64,000 nucleotides of DNA from Lactobacillaceae bacterium (GTDB taxonomy: Bacteria; Bacillota; Bacilli; Lactobacillales; Lactobacillaceae), in assembly GCA_031282325.1 (NCBI GenBank), contig JAITDY010000057.1, forward strand, positions 17,455 through 81,454. The letters run 5' to 3'. A program made the position numbers and the translations under genes. Below, one piece after another: positions 19,000 to 30,099 of the stretch. The notes below the pieces were generated by a model. It did not search any database and was not told the DNA's origin. It saw nothing but the letters and a program-made list of their open reading frames with translations. How positions within the stretch are numbered: position 1 is the stretch's first letter; every line of letters starts with the position of its first letter.

Positions 19000-20025
19000 T
19001 TAATCTTCATTTTCAATATTCTTAATTTCTTTTTTAATTTCTTTTCCAGCCTTTTCAGCAATCATTTCTTCTACTGATAAGTTCTTTTTAAAACGTGCTA
19101 AAATTTTGGTTTTCGGTGAAACAAATTCAATATGTTGTTTTAAATTAGTAAAGCTTATCGGAGCGTCTCCACCGTATTCACCATCTAAATTTACTTTCAT
19201 TTCATCATTTTTATCTTGAGGAATAATGGATACTTTAGAAGTTTTTACATATTCAACTAACGGATCATTAACATGCTTTCCATTAGCAATTGCTTTGGTG
19301 ATTAAAACTAATAGTTGGGCTAGATTTGTTTTTTTGATGATTAAAAGTGAAAACTTACCATCATCTAGACGTGCATTTGGAACAATTTTTTCAAAACCAC
19401 CAACTGAGTTAGTTAGGGCCAATAATATCAATGAAACCTCGCCATTAAATTCACCTTGATCATGTTTGATTAAGACGCGTGTAGATTTAATTCTTGTAAT
19501 TAATTCGGCCCCTTTTGTAACATAGGCCAAATAGCCATAAAGAGACTTTAAAGTTGACGGAACTGAATAAGTAACTTCAGATAAAGTACCAAGAGCTGCA
19601 ATATTCATAAAATATTCTAAATCCCCATTTTGATTATCAACTTTTCCAATGTCGATTTTAGCAGTTTCGCCAAGTTCAATTGTTTTGGCGGCATCAAGTA
19701 AATCATTACGCGGAATATTTAAAGCACGTGCAAAATCATTAGTAGTTCCTGCAGGAATTACAGCTATTTTTGGTCTTTTCTCTAAAGAAGAGACTCCATT
19801 AATTACTTCATTTACCGTACCGTCGCCACCAGCAGCAACAATTAAATCAAAACCATCTAATCCAGCACGATTAGCTTCATCACGAGCGGAAAAATGTTTG
19901 GGAGTTGTAGCAAAAATACTTGTTTCGTATCCAGCTTTTTCATAAACTTGAATAATTTGTATTAATTCTTCTTTTATTCCTTCTCTGCCTGATGTTGGAT
20001 TATAAATAATTCGCGCACGTTTCAT
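19000..20025 (-). CDS. dagK: Diacylglycerol kinase
   Basis: IIYNPTSG, GGDGTVNEV, PAGTTNDFARAL, NLDGE; adjacent to rlmD near gatB. Confidence 0.88.
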   Translation of the reverse strand: MKRARIIYNPTSGREGIKEELIQIIQVYEKAGYETSIFATTPKHFSARDEANRAGLDGFDLIVAAGGDGTVNEVINGVSSLEKRPKIAVIPAGTTNDFARALNIPRNDLLDAAKTIELGETAKIDIGKVDNQNGDLEYFMNIAALGTLSEVTYSVPSTLKSLYGYLAYVTKGAELITRIKSTRVLIKHDQGEFNGEVSLILLALTNSVGGFEKIVPNARLDDGKFSLLIIKKTNLAQLLVLITKAIANGKHVNDPLVEYVKTSKVSIIPQDKNDEMKVNLDGEYGGDAPISFTNLKQHIEFVSPKTKILARFKKNLSVEEMIAEKAGKEIKKEIKNIENED

Positions 20026-20125
20026 ATATTTTATTTTAACAAGGTTTAATAAGTTCTTACTTTTTTGTTATCATTTTAAAAAGTAAGAATCGATCTTTTT
20101 GCATTTTCAAAGGAGCTTAATATTT

Positions 20126-21454
20126 ATGGAACAAAATCATTTAAAAAAAGAAATCGGTATTTTTGGTGCTCTTTCATCAATTATTGGAACGGTAATTGGA
20201 GCTGGGGTGTTTTTTAAAATCGCCTCAATGGCTGAACGAACCGGTTCAGCTAATTTGGTTATTATAGCTTGGATTTTAGCCGCTATTTTTACAATTGCAG
20301 GTGGTCTTACAATTGCTGAATTGGGAACGATGTTTCCGCAAACAGGTGGAGGAGTTAAATACCTAGAACATGGTTATGGAAAAATCTGGGGATTTTTATT
20401 TGGTTGGATTCAAATTATCGTTTATTATCCCGCTAATATTGCAGCCCTAGCTATTATTTGGGCTACTCAATTTACTAATTTATTTCAAATAAAGCAGGGT
20501 CAAAATTTAATTTGGATAGCAATTCTTGTATTTATTACAATATTAGGAATTAATTCTTTGAGCGCTAAGTTTGCCAGCAATACACATACTTTATTTACTG
20601 TTTTGAAATTAATTCCAATTTTTTTAATCGTAATTGTTGGCCTTTTTACTAAATCAGAAGTACATTTCCAACTATTTCCCCTAGTAGCAGGAAAAGATAT
20701 TAATCCGTTCATCGGAGTTGGTGGCGCTATGGTATCAGCAATGTTTGCATTTGACGGATGGATTGGAATTGGAAATTTAGCTGGTGAGCTAAAAAAACCG
20801 AAAAGGGATTTGCCACTCGCTTTAATTGTTGGTTTAGTTACCATTAGTATTATTTATTTATTAGTTTCAATTGTGATGCTACGTTTTATGCCAATTGAAC
20901 AAATTGCGGGAAATAAAAATACTGCTAGTCAAGTTGCTTCAATCTTATTTGGCCAATTCGGTGGAAAACTAGTAACAATTGGAATTTTAATTTCAGTTTA
21001 CGGAGCAATTAATGGTTATGTTTTATCTGCAATTCGCGTTCCATATGCTTTAGCTATTGAAAATAGTTTACCTTTTTCTAAAACCTTTAGTAAATTAAAT
21101 CGTTTTGCTAGTCCTCAAAACGCTGGCTTGTGGATCGCTTTTTTTACAATTATATTAATGCTTTCAAATCGTTTTGACGCCTTATCTGATTTAGCTGTTT
21201 TTGCAAGTTGGCTTTTTTATATTTTATTATTTATAGAAGTTATTAAGTTAAGAAAACAAAAACCAGAGCTAACACGTAGCTATAAAACTTGGGGCTATCC
21301 AATTACACCAATCATAGCTTCAATCGGTGGAATTTTTATTGTAATATCTTATATTACTAATCTTGATAATATTCCTTTTTTAATTTTTGGAGCTATCGTT
21401 TTATTGATTGGCATACCGATTTTTAAAAGCTTACAAAAAACTAGAAATAAATAA
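20126..21454 (+). CDS. APC family amino acid permease (SteT/LAT-like)
   Basis: GTVIGAGVF, AELGTMFPQTGG, FAFDGW, GELKKPKRDLP; start ATG 20126 after AAGGAG. Confidence 0.85.
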   Translation: MEQNHLKKEIGIFGALSSIIGTVIGAGVFFKIASMAERTGSANLVIIAWILAAIFTIAGGLTIAELGTMFPQTGGGVKYLEHGYGKIWGFLFGWIQIIVYYPANIAALAIIWATQFTNLFQIKQGQNLIWIAILVFITILGINSLSAKFASNTHTLFTVLKLIPIFLIVIVGLFTKSEVHFQLFPLVAGKDINPFIGVGGAMVSAMFAFDGWIGIGNLAGELKKPKRDLPLALIVGLVTISIIYLLVSIVMLRFMPIEQIAGNKNTASQVASILFGQFGGKLVTIGILISVYGAINGYVLSAIRVPYALAIENSLPFSKTFSKLNRFASPQNAGLWIAFFTIILMLSNRFDALSDLAVFASWLFYILLFIEVIKLRKQKPELTRSYKTWGYPITPIIASIGGIFIVISYITNLDNIPFLIFGAIVLLIGIPIFKSLQKTRNK

Positions 21455-21484
21455 TAAAAAGCCTCTCGATTGAGAGGCTTTTTA
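21455..21484. terminator. Bidirectional intrinsic terminator
   Basis: TAAAAAGCCTCTC-GATT-GAGAGGCTTTTTA. Confidence 0.9.
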
Positions 21485-21499
21485 GTCTAAAAAATTTTT

Positions 21500-22939
21500 T
21501 TAACGCTCATTTAATTCATCAATTAAAATTTGATTAACAACGTTTGGATTGGCATTTCCATGTGTTTGTTTCATAATTTGTCCGATTAAAAAGCCAACTG
21601 CCCTGTCTTTTCCTGCTTTAAAATCAATAACAGATTGTTCATTATTATCAACAATTTCAGCAATAATTGGTTGTAAAATTTCAACACGTGACTCCTGAAC
21701 CAAACCATTTTTTTCAACGTAATCTTTGGGTTCTTGACCTTGAGTAAGGGCTGTGAAAACTTGCTTAGCTTGTTTGGTTGAAATTGTTCCATCATCAATT
21801 AATTTAATTAAAGTTGACAGGTGCTCAGGTGTGATTTTAGTATCTTGTAGTTCAAGTCCATTTTCATTCAAAAAGGCATTTACGTCGCCAATTAAATAAT
21901 TGGCACTACGCTTAGGATCCGCTCCAAAACCAACAGTTTTATCATAAAAATCACTCATAATTAATGTTTGTGTTAACACACCAGCATCTGTAGGGCTTAA
22001 ATCAAAATCATTAATATAGCGATTTAATCGATCAGAAACACTTTCAGGCAATTTGTTTTTAACTTCATTAATCCATTCTTCGCTGATATGAACCACCGGT
22101 AAATCAGGTTCTGGGAAATAACGATAATCATCTGCCCCTTCTTTTACACGCATCAAAATAGTTGATTTAGTAGCTTCATCATATCGACGTGTTTCTTGCT
22201 GGATAGTATTACCAGCTATTAGCTCGCGTGCTTGTCGATCTTCTTCAAAAGCCAATGCTGTTCTTAAATAAGAAAATGAATTAATATTTTTTAACTCAAC
22301 TTTTGTACCAAATTGATCACTTCCAGCCGGACGAATTGATATATTTGCATCTGCTCTTAAAGAACCCTCCTGCATTTTAACATCAGAAATACCGGTAAAT
22401 TGAATCAATTGGCGAAGCTTTTCTAAATATGCATATGCTTCATCAGGAGAAGTAATATCTGGCTCAGAAACAATTTCAATTAAAGGGGTTCCTTGTCGAT
22501 TTAAATCAACATATGAATAGCCATCGCCTCCATGGGTATTTTTCCCCGCATCTTCTTCGACATGAATTTCTTTAATTCGAATCGTCTTGGTAGTTCCATC
22601 TTCCAATGTGATTTCAACTTTTCCATTTTGGCCAATCGGTGTTGCTTGCTGAGTAGTTTGATAGGATTTAGGATTATCCGGATAAATATAGTTTTTACGA
22701 TCCCAACGTATGTCTCTAGTAATTTCCATATTCAAAGCTAGGGCTGCCATCATGCCGTATTCCAAGGCCCCTTTATTAGCTTGTGGCAAAACACCGGGGT
22801 AACCCCAATCGATTACATTGGTATTATTATTGGCAGCATCACCAAAATTAACAGGAGATGGTGAAAGTAATTTTGAATTAGTTTTCATTTCTACATGGAC
22901 TTCTAAACCAATAGTAGTTATAAAGTTTGCATATGCCAT
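21500..22939 (-). CDS. gatB: Asp/Glu-tRNA amidotransferase subunit B
   Basis: IGLEVHVE, HVEEDAGK, PLIEIVSEP, DYRYFPEPDLP. Confidence 0.97.
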   Translation of the reverse strand: MAYANFITTIGLEVHVEMKTNSKLLSPSPVNFGDAANNNTNVIDWGYPGVLPQANKGALEYGMMAALALNMEITRDIRWDRKNYIYPDNPKSYQTTQQATPIGQNGKVEITLEDGTTKTIRIKEIHVEEDAGKNTHGGDGYSYVDLNRQGTPLIEIVSEPDITSPDEAYAYLEKLRQLIQFTGISDVKMQEGSLRADANISIRPAGSDQFGTKVELKNINSFSYLRTALAFEEDRQARELIAGNTIQQETRRYDEATKSTILMRVKEGADDYRYFPEPDLPVVHISEEWINEVKNKLPESVSDRLNRYINDFDLSPTDAGVLTQTLIMSDFYDKTVGFGADPKRSANYLIGDVNAFLNENGLELQDTKITPEHLSTLIKLIDDGTISTKQAKQVFTALTQGQEPKDYVEKNGLVQESRVEILQPIIAEIVDNNEQSVIDFKAGKDRAVGFLIGQIMKQTHGNANPNVVNQILIDELNER

Positions 22940-24402
22940 TATTTTTGACCTCCCGGAATTTGTTTGAATAATTGAGTTGCTCGTTCAAAAGCAAAGGCCG
23001 CTTTATAAACAGTTGCTTCATCAAAAGCTTTTCCAATTATTTGTAAGCCAATTGGCAAATGTTCAGAACTAAAACCTGCATTAATAGAAAGTCCCGGAAG
23101 ACCAGCTAAATTCACCGGTATCGTTAAGACATCATTCATATACATTGTTTTAGGATCGGCATTTTCACTTCCTAAAGCAAAGGCTGGAGTTGGTGCTGTC
23201 GGACCAATTATAATATCAAAATTCTCAAAGATTTTATTAAAGTCGTTAATCAAAATAGTTCGTACTTGAGCTGCCTTTTTAAAATAGGCATCATAAAAGC
23301 CAGCGGATAGGGCAAAAGTTCCTAGCATGATGCGTCGTTTTACTTCTTCGCCAAAACCTTCAGTTCTTGTGTTTTGATACATTTCTTCTAATGTTTTACC
23401 CGTTCGATCACTGAATCCATAACGAACCCCATCGAAACGTTGTAAATTGCTGGAAGCTTCAGAACTGCCTAAAATATAATAAGCAGCGATTCCATATTTT
23501 GTATGCGGAATTGATACTTCTTCTACGATTGCTCCTAAGGACTTAAATTGTTCAATTGCCAAATTAATAGTATTTTTAACTTCAGGATCGATCCCTTCTG
23601 CTAAAAACTCTTTTGGAACTGCAATACGAAGATTGGCTACCCCATTTTCAATATTTTTAGTGTAGTCTGGAACTTCTAAATTAGCTGAAGTAGTATCTTT
23701 ATTGTCGACACCGGCAATTGCATTTAAAACAAGCGCATTATCTTTGACAGTTCTCGTTAGTGGCCCAATTTGATCTAATGATGAACCAAAAGCAATTAAG
23801 CCCCAACGCGATACTCGTCCATAAGTCGGTTTCAATCCAACAATTCCGTTATATGCAGCGGGTTGACGAATCGAACCACCGGTATCTGAACCAAGCGAAT
23901 ATAAAACTTCTCCACTCGCAACCGATGCTGCCGATCCACCCGAGGAACCTCCCGGAACCTTAGTGTTGTCCCAAGCATTTTTGGTAACACCATAATATGA
24001 AGTTTCAGTAGAACCGCCCATTGCAAATTCATCAAGATTGGTTTTACCTAGAATAACTACTCCTTGCGCTTTTAATTTCTCCACAACAGTGGCATCGTAA
24101 ATAGGTGTAAAATTACTTAAAATTTTGGAAGCAGATGTAGTTAATAATCCTTTAGTAACAATATTATCTTTCATTCCCATTGGAATTCCAGCTAGAATAT
24201 TATCATCATCAATTCCTTTATTATCAATTTCTTCTGCTTGCTTTATTGCACCATCTTTATCTAAAGTAATAAAGGCATTTAAATCTTGATCGCGTTTTTC
24301 AGTAAAGTCCAAAGCTCTTTGGGTTAATTCAGTAACTGAAAATTCTTTTTGTACTAATGCTTTATGAACTGATTCAATTGTTTCGTTTACAAAATCACTC
24401 AT
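22939..24402 (-). CDS. gatA: Asp/Glu-tRNA amidotransferase subunit A
   Basis: Amidase signature [21 protein letters not shown]; start ATG 24402 with GGAGG. Confidence 0.97.
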   Translation of the reverse strand: MSDFVNETIESVHKALVQKEFSVTELTQRALDFTEKRDQDLNAFITLDKDGAIKQAEEIDNKGIDDDNILAGIPMGMKDNIVTKGLLTTSASKILSNFTPIYDATVVEKLKAQGVVILGKTNLDEFAMGGSTETSYYGVTKNAWDNTKVPGGSSGGSAASVASGEVLYSLGSDTGGSIRQPAAYNGIVGLKPTYGRVSRWGLIAFGSSLDQIGPLTRTVKDNALVLNAIAGVDNKDTTSANLEVPDYTKNIENGVANLRIAVPKEFLAEGIDPEVKNTINLAIEQFKSLGAIVEEVSIPHTKYGIAAYYILGSSEASSNLQRFDGVRYGFSDRTGKTLEEMYQNTRTEGFGEEVKRRIMLGTFALSAGFYDAYFKKAAQVRTILINDFNKIFENFDIIIGPTAPTPAFALGSENADPKTMYMNDVLTIPVNLAGLPGLSINAGFSSEHLPIGLQIIGKAFDEATVYKAAFAFERATQLFKQIPGGQK

Positions 24403-24706
24403 TAATGTCGCCTCCATCTAAAATTGCTGGCACCTTAATTAGTCCATCCTTTGATTCAGGGGCATTGTTGATTAATTGATCCTTTTGTTGCCAATTATCA
24501 GCCATATCTTCTCTTAAAACATTGACATTATTACTTACAGAATAAGTAGCTTCCACTCCATTAGTATCAACTTCATTTAAAGTATCCACTAAATCTAATA
24601 TATTAGAAAGTTGAGAAACCATTTTGTCTAACTGCTCTTCAGTGAAATTTAATTTAGCCAATGAAGCAACGTGTTTTGCTTCATCTTTTGAAAGTACTTC
24701 GCTCAT
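24395..24706 (-). CDS. gatC: Asp/Glu-tRNA amidotransferase subunit C
   Basis: [28 protein letters not shown]; start ATG 24706 after AAGGAGTG. Confidence 0.95.
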   Translation of the reverse strand: MSEVLSKDEAKHVASLAKLNFTEEQLDKMVSQLSNILDLVDTLNEVDTNGVEATYSVSNNVNVLREDMADNWQQKDQLINNAPESKDGLIKVPAILDGGDINE

Positions 24707-24768
24707 TTTAATCACTCCTTTTTTTAAACTAATTACTATTTTACTAAATAAAAAAACGATCAACATAA

Positions 24769-25350
24769 TCATTGATCGTTTTGGACTTTATCTTCATCTT
24801 TTTGAGATTCAAGAATTAACAAATAACGAGAATACCAAAGATCTATATACCCCTGTGAGAACGGTCCTTCCCCAGCTTCTATCATTTTTTTTAAAATCTT
24901 TACATGTGCTTCTAATATATCTTTAACTTCATCTGGATATTCCCAAAGTTGGCTATGGTCAACATATTCATCAGCATCTAAAAGTATTTTATTTCCCGAT
25001 GAAGTAACTTTTATATCTAAATCATAATCGATATATTTTAAAGCTTCTTTATCTAATACATATGGTGAGGCTAAATTGGAATAGTAGCTAATTCCATCTT
25101 TTCTAATCATTGCGATTACATTAAACCAATATTTTTTGTGAAAATATACAATTGCCGGTTCATGCGTAACCCATTTTCGATTATCATCTTCAGTCACTAA
25201 TGTATGATTATTGATACCAATTAAAGCATTTTCAGTGGTTTTTAGTACCATGGTATCTCGCCAAGTACGATGTAAGTGACCATCATGTTTATAACTCTTG
25301 ATTGTGATAAAGTCACCTTCTCTTGGGCTACGAGGTGTGTCTTTAACCAT
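24769..25350 (-). CDS. DUF402 nucleoside tri/diphosphate phosphatase (Ntdp/YgaC)
   Basis: [33 protein letters not shown]. Confidence 0.88.
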   Translation of the reverse strand: MVKDTPRSPREGDFITIKSYKHDGHLHRTWRDTMVLKTTENALIGINNHTLVTEDDNRKWVTHEPAIVYFHKKYWFNVIAMIRKDGISYYSNLASPYVLDKEALKYIDYDLDIKVTSSGNKILLDADEYVDHSQLWEYPDEVKDILEAHVKILKKMIEAGEGPFSQGYIDLWYSRYLLILESQKDEDKVQNDQ

Positions 25351-25394
25351 AATCCTTCCTTCAAGACAAAAGTCTTCCTCTTAATGATATCACG

Positions 25395-25943
25395 CTATAA
25401 AGATGTTAAGTATTGAAAACCGATAATCGCTGGAGCTGTTGTGATTTCTCCATTAGTAATTTTTTCTCCCAGTTCTTTTAGAGACAAAAAAGAACGATGA
25501 ACCATCTCATCTTGATCAAAATGCGTTTGTGTGGATCCGACAAAATCTTCTAATAACATTAAATAAGTGGTTTCATTTGTAAAACCTTCACTGGTACTAA
25601 TTTTATAAATTAATTTAGCTTTTTGATACTGTAAACCTATTTCTTCACTGGCTTCTCGTAAAGCTGACTGCTCCGGAAGCTCTCCGGAATTGATTAGGCC
25701 AGCTGGAAAAGAAGAACGCATGGCATTAAGTCCAGCTCGATATTCATTTCCAATGGCATATTTAATTTCACCGTTGATTTCTAATGGCATTATCATAGCT
25801 ACAGCATCCCCATGCAAAACAACATCTCGATTAACAATTAATCCATCTGGTGTTTTAATGCTGCGTGTAACTACATTAAAAATCCGGCCATTAAAATGTT
25901 CTTCTTCGCTTAAAATTTCTCCATTTAAATTATTTTCCTTCAT
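25395..25943 (-). CDS. NUDIX hydrolase (ADP-ribose pyrophosphatase-like)
   Basis: Nudix box GLINSGELPEQSALREASEEIG; GFTNE, FDQDE. Confidence 0.85.
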   Translation of the reverse strand: MKENNLNGEILSEEEHFNGRIFNVVTRSIKTPDGLIVNRDVVLHGDAVAMIMPLEINGEIKYAIGNEYRAGLNAMRSSFPAGLINSGELPEQSALREASEEIGLQYQKAKLIYKISTSEGFTNETTYLMLLEDFVGSTQTHFDQDEMVHRSFLSLKELGEKITNGEITTAPAIIGFQYLTSL

Positions 25944-26736
25944 TTTCTTGCTCCCTTATTGCTATATCTATATTATCCGCCGAAAAACCCTTAGAATATA
26001 AAAATTGACTGGCACGATATTTACGTTGATTTCCATATTTTTGATATCGTGTCCAAATTTTTTGCAAAGCATTTTTCGCTAGCATTAATTGTTGATCATC
26101 GTTCTCATCTAAAATCACGTTATCAACATATTCCTTAATTAAATCAGTACTGTAACCTTTTGAATACAAGAAAGAATATAATTTATTTTTTAATGCGTTA
26201 GAACCTAATTTTTTTTGATTAATAGAAATAAATTTATCTGCTAATTTAGCAATATGTTCTGTTTGTGTTTGAGTATCGAAAACTACTATAGCTTTTTCAA
26301 CAACAAAAGACGGTACTCCTTTTTTAAATAATTTTTGTTTAATAACGCTTGGACCATCAATTGAAGCATTGATTTGCGTGGAAATAAAATTTTTTGCATA
26401 TTCTTGATCATTAATTAATCCAATATTTTTTAATTCATTAACAACCTCATCAATTATTTCTAGCGGAATATCATCATTGGTTTTTAATTTATCGACCACT
26501 TCTTTTTGCGAGCGTTGTTGATGATTTATAAAAATTAATGCTTTGTTTTTTAATATAGAAAATTGATCATATCGTTTTATTTCGGAAATTTCGCTATCGT
26601 CTAATTGGGTTCCTTTAAATAAAGAAAATTTTACAAAAGTATCATTACTAATTGAAAATGCATATTGATTATCTAAATCAACATTAAATCGACCTTGTCT
26701 TTTTTGCGTATAAATTCTTGTAATTGTTTTGGCCAT
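25930..26736 (-). CDS. recX: RecA regulator RecX
   Basis: RSQKEVVDKL, LINDQEYA, GP..IKQKLFKKG, LYSKGY/F repeats. Confidence 0.9.
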   Translation of the reverse strand: MAKTITRIYTQKRQGRFNVDLDNQYAFSISNDTFVKFSLFKGTQLDDSEISEIKRYDQFSILKNKALIFINHQQRSQKEVVDKLKTNDDIPLEIIDEVVNELKNIGLINDQEYAKNFISTQINASIDGPSVIKQKLFKKGVPSFVVEKAIVVFDTQTQTEHIAKLADKFISINQKKLGSNALKNKLYSFLYSKGYSTDLIKEYVDNVILDENDDQQLMLAKNALQKIWTRYQKYGNQRKYRASQFLYSKGFSADNIDIAIREQENEGK

Positions 26737-26787
26737 TAATTTGATTATACGAAAAAAGGCAATTTTATTTTTTAATATTAATTGGCT

Positions 26788-27585
26788 TTATTCTTGATCA
26801 AGTAGATATTTTGCATCACGTTTCAAACCTTGGCTGGTAAGAATTTTAGGACCATTTTCGGTAATCACAATCGTATGTTCAAATTGTGCAGACCAACCGC
26901 CATCAGCTGTCGTTACTGTCCAACCATCTCCGGCATAATCAGTTTTTACTTCCCATGTTCCGGTATTAATCATTGGCTCAATCGTTATAGTCATTCCAGA
27001 TTTTAAACGTAATCCGTGACCGCTAACGCCATAATGCAATACATTTGGTTCTTCATGCATAGTCGGACCAATTCCATGACCGATATAATCACGAACATCA
27101 CCAAAGCCATTTTGTCGCTCAGCATAATCTTGAATTGCAAAACCAATATCACCCAATCGGTTGCCGACAACCGCTGCATCGATACCTCGATAAAGTGATT
27201 CTAAAGCTACATCATATAATTTTTGATGTTCATCACTTAATGTTCCAACAGCATAGGTCCAAGCTGAATCAGCAATTCCACCATCTTTTTCAACAACTGT
27301 ATCAACTTTTACCAAATCACCATTTTGCAAAATTAAGCCTTTTCTTGGAAAACCATGTGCGACTTCATTATTGATACTAACGGTGGTAGCAAATTCAAAA
27401 CCTTCAAAACCGATTTGACTAGGAATTCCTCCATGATCTTCAATATATTTTCTTGATTGTTTTTCAATTTCCCAAGAATCCAAGCCGGGCTTAATTAAAT
27501 CGCGAAGCATAATATGCATACCAGCAATAATTTTTCCAGCTTCTGCCATTTTTTGTATTTCTCGTTCTGATTTTAACGTAATCAT
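26788..27585 (-). CDS. map: Methionine aminopeptidase type I
   Basis: MITLKSEREI, NNEVAHG, GHGIG, HEEP, TIEPM, AQFEHT. Confidence 0.95.
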   Translation of the reverse strand: MITLKSEREIQKMAEAGKIIAGMHIMLRDLIKPGLDSWEIEKQSRKYIEDHGGIPSQIGFEGFEFATTVSINNEVAHGFPRKGLILQNGDLVKVDTVVEKDGGIADSAWTYAVGTLSDEHQKLYDVALESLYRGIDAAVVGNRLGDIGFAIQDYAERQNGFGDVRDYIGHGIGPTMHEEPNVLHYGVSGHGLRLKSGMTITIEPMINTGTWEVKTDYAGDGWTVTTADGGWSAQFEHTIVITENGPKILTSQGLKRDAKYLLDQE

Positions 27586-28346
27586 TTGCTTTCTCCTTTA
27601 ATTTTTCTAACTACAAATTTGCCTGCTTTACTTATCCAATTTTGTTTTTCTTGAAAAACAAAGGGTACCTCAGCATATTTAATATTGTTGTAATTGATCC
27701 AGACATCTAATAACAATTCACTAATAAAACCGAGCGAACGGATTTCATAATCATCATAATTTGTATAATCAATTTGCTTATAAGTTTCTTCTAAAACATC
27801 AAAGAGCCATTTAGAATATTCATCGAAAAGTTTTTTTGGCAAAATAAACATATTAAAATAATGAGCTTTTGTTCTTTTAAAAACTTTTTCTAATTCAGGA
27901 TAATAATTTGGATATTTTTTTAAGATTACTTGCGTAGCAATTTCCAATGGTTCTTTTTTATGTGCGTGTACATAATGTGAATAATTAGTTTCAATATAAT
28001 AATTCCTTTGTGTTGGCAAAATTGCATTATTCGAGGCCAAAATTGTTTCAATTTCTTCCTTCGATAAAATATTATCTAATCCCTTTTTCCCATTTAATGA
28101 AAAATAACGGCGATAATGAACTAGGCCGACTGCATCGACATTTTTCAAATTTTTCCAAGCCCAATATTGTGCAGTTAATTCATTATAATAAGGATTCAAA
28201 CTAGAAATATTTTTGCCTTGGTTATCTGGCTGGTAGGGTAAATCAATCGATGAATTTTGGGCACCTACGAAAATTGGAAGGTATAAATCATCGTCCTTAG
28301 GCATCACGTATTTTTTGTGGGTTGCAACTAATATTTTAATATCCAT
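27582..28346 (-). CDS. DUF4422 family polysaccharide biosynthesis protein (putative glycosyltransferase)
   Basis: ILVATHK, NISSLNPYYNELTA, GLVHYRRYF, FNMFI, GFISELL. Confidence 0.85.
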   Translation of the reverse strand: MDIKILVATHKKYVMPKDDDLYLPIFVGAQNSSIDLPYQPDNQGKNISSLNPYYNELTAQYWAWKNLKNVDAVGLVHYRRYFSLNGKKGLDNILSKEEIETILASNNAILPTQRNYYIETNYSHYVHAHKKEPLEIATQVILKKYPNYYPELEKVFKRTKAHYFNMFILPKKLFDEYSKWLFDVLEETYKQIDYTNYDDYEIRSLGFISELLLDVWINYNNIKYAEVPFVFQEKQNWISKAGKFVVRKIKGESK

Positions 28347-28358
28347 AATTTTAATTAA

Positions 28359-29288
28359 TTACTTCATTTCTTTTATTACATACATTGGTCTATTTTTAGT
28401 TTCCAAATAAATTGTAGAAATATATCTCCCAATAACACCCAATGAAAACATTTGGAGGCCAGCAAAAAACATTAAAATGGAAATTAAAGAAGCCCATCCA
28501 AATTGAGAATAAACACCAATCATTCTCCTAGCAATAACTGCGATAATCCCAATAAATCCTACTACCGTAGAAATAAAACCTAATAAGGATACGATGGTTA
28601 ACGGTACTGTTGAAAAATTTACGATTCCATCAATTGCATATTTAAAAAGTTTCCAGAAATTCCACTTGGTTTGTCCTTTTTTTCGATTAATATTTTCGTA
28701 ATAAATGTAATCTGTTTTAAAGCCAATCCAATTAAAAATGCCTTTAGAAAATCGTTGTTTTTCTGGCATGCTTAAAATCGCGTCTGCCATTTGACGGCTG
28801 ATGATTCTAAAATCACGCGCTCCCGGTATCAACTTCACTTGACTCATTTTAGAAAAAAGTTGATAAAAAAGATTACTAAAAAAAGAAGTAATTGCTTTTT
28901 CACCTTTGCGGTTGGCTCGGGCAGTTGCCACAGAATCAAAACCACCCTTTTCCATTTTTAAAATCATTTCGGGAATTAAGGTTGGCGGATCTTGCAAATC
29001 AACATCCATAAAAATCAGATAATCATATTCGCGGGTATTGTCTAGACCGGCATAAATTGCTGCTTCTTTTCCAAAATTGCGCGAAAAAGAAACAAAATGA
29101 ACATCAGGATCTTTTATTTTTTTAATTTCAGTTAGAGTTTGGTCAGTAGAGCCATCATCAATAAACAAAATATCAAACTTATATTTTTGAGAAATTTCTT
29201 TAAGGGCTTCACGAGTAACTTTTAAAAAACCTGCAATATTTTCAGATTCATTATAAGAAGGAACTATAATTGATACTTTTTTAACCAT
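28359..29288 (-). CDS. GT2 polyprenol-phosphate glycosyltransferase (GtrB/CsbB/YkoT-like)
   Basis: IDDGSTD, FSRNFGKEAA, MDVDLQDPP, DFR, two C-terminal TMs, ETKNRP. Confidence 0.88.
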   Translation of the reverse strand: MVKKVSIIVPSYNESENIAGFLKVTREALKEISQKYKFDILFIDDGSTDQTLTEIKKIKDPDVHFVSFSRNFGKEAAIYAGLDNTREYDYLIFMDVDLQDPPTLIPEMILKMEKGGFDSVATARANRKGEKAITSFFSNLFYQLFSKMSQVKLIPGARDFRIISRQMADAILSMPEKQRFSKGIFNWIGFKTDYIYYENINRKKGQTKWNFWKLFKYAIDGIVNFSTVPLTIVSLLGFISTVVGFIGIIAVIARRMIGVYSQFGWASLISILMFFAGLQMFSLGVIGRYISTIYLETKNRPMYVIKEMK

Positions 29289-29390
29289 ATTCCCATTTTA
29301 CCGTTTATCTGTTTTTTTGTGGTCTTATTTTTTATTGTCTTATAATAAAGAATATTATTTTAATTTAAAGCAGAAAAGGAAAAGTATTCA

Positions 29391-30074
29391 ATGTTAAAAA
29401 TAAATAAAGAAAACGAAAAATATTTAGCTCAAGAAACATTACCAGCCATTATTCTTCTAACCCTAAATTCTGGTTTTATTGATGGAAATACTTTTTTATA
29501 TAATAATCAACGTTTTGGTGGCATGCAAACTGGTAATGTAATCCAAGCTGGATTGCATATTGCAAAACATCAATTTGGAACTGCAATGAGTTTCTTATTC
29601 CCATTTTTTGCTTTTATTTTAGGTATTTTCTTAAGCACTATTATCAGGCATCTCTATAAAAATCATAGTTTTTTGGTTTTCGAACAAATTAGCTTAACCA
29701 TCCAAATAATTGGTATTTTAATAATGGCATTTGTAGAAAAGAAAATCCCAGATACGCTTCAGGTTTCTGGCCTGTCATTTTTTATGGCTCTACAAGCAGA
29801 TTCTTTTTCTAAATTACATGGTGGAGGTATTGCAACTGTTTTTACAACCGGTAACACAAAAACCTTCGCTGCCAATATTATGAATGGATTTTTGCATAAA
29901 TCTTCAGCTAATTTTATTGCAGCCTTAAAGGTATTACTAGTAATTTTCGGATTTTTTATTGGCGCAATCGGAGCAGAACTAATCCATTCTTCCTTTGGAG
30001 ATATTTCCTTATTTGTTTCTCCGATTTTATTAATTGCTGTTTTAGGCCATATTACTTTTCATCGAAATAAATAA
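29391..30074 (+). CDS. YoaK / DUF1275 membrane protein
   Basis: SGFIDG..F, MQTGN, ATVFTTGN duplicated motifs. Confidence 0.85.
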   Translation: MLKINKENEKYLAQETLPAIILLTLNSGFIDGNTFLYNNQRFGGMQTGNVIQAGLHIAKHQFGTAMSFLFPFFAFILGIFLSTIIRHLYKNHSFLVFEQISLTIQIIGILIMAFVEKKIPDTLQVSGLSFFMALQADSFSKLHGGGIATVFTTGNTKTFAANIMNGFLHKSSANFIAALKVLLVIFGFFIGAIGAELIHSSFGDISLFVSPILLIAVLGHITFHRNK

Positions 30075-30099
30075 GCAACATAAAATTCATCAAGATTTT

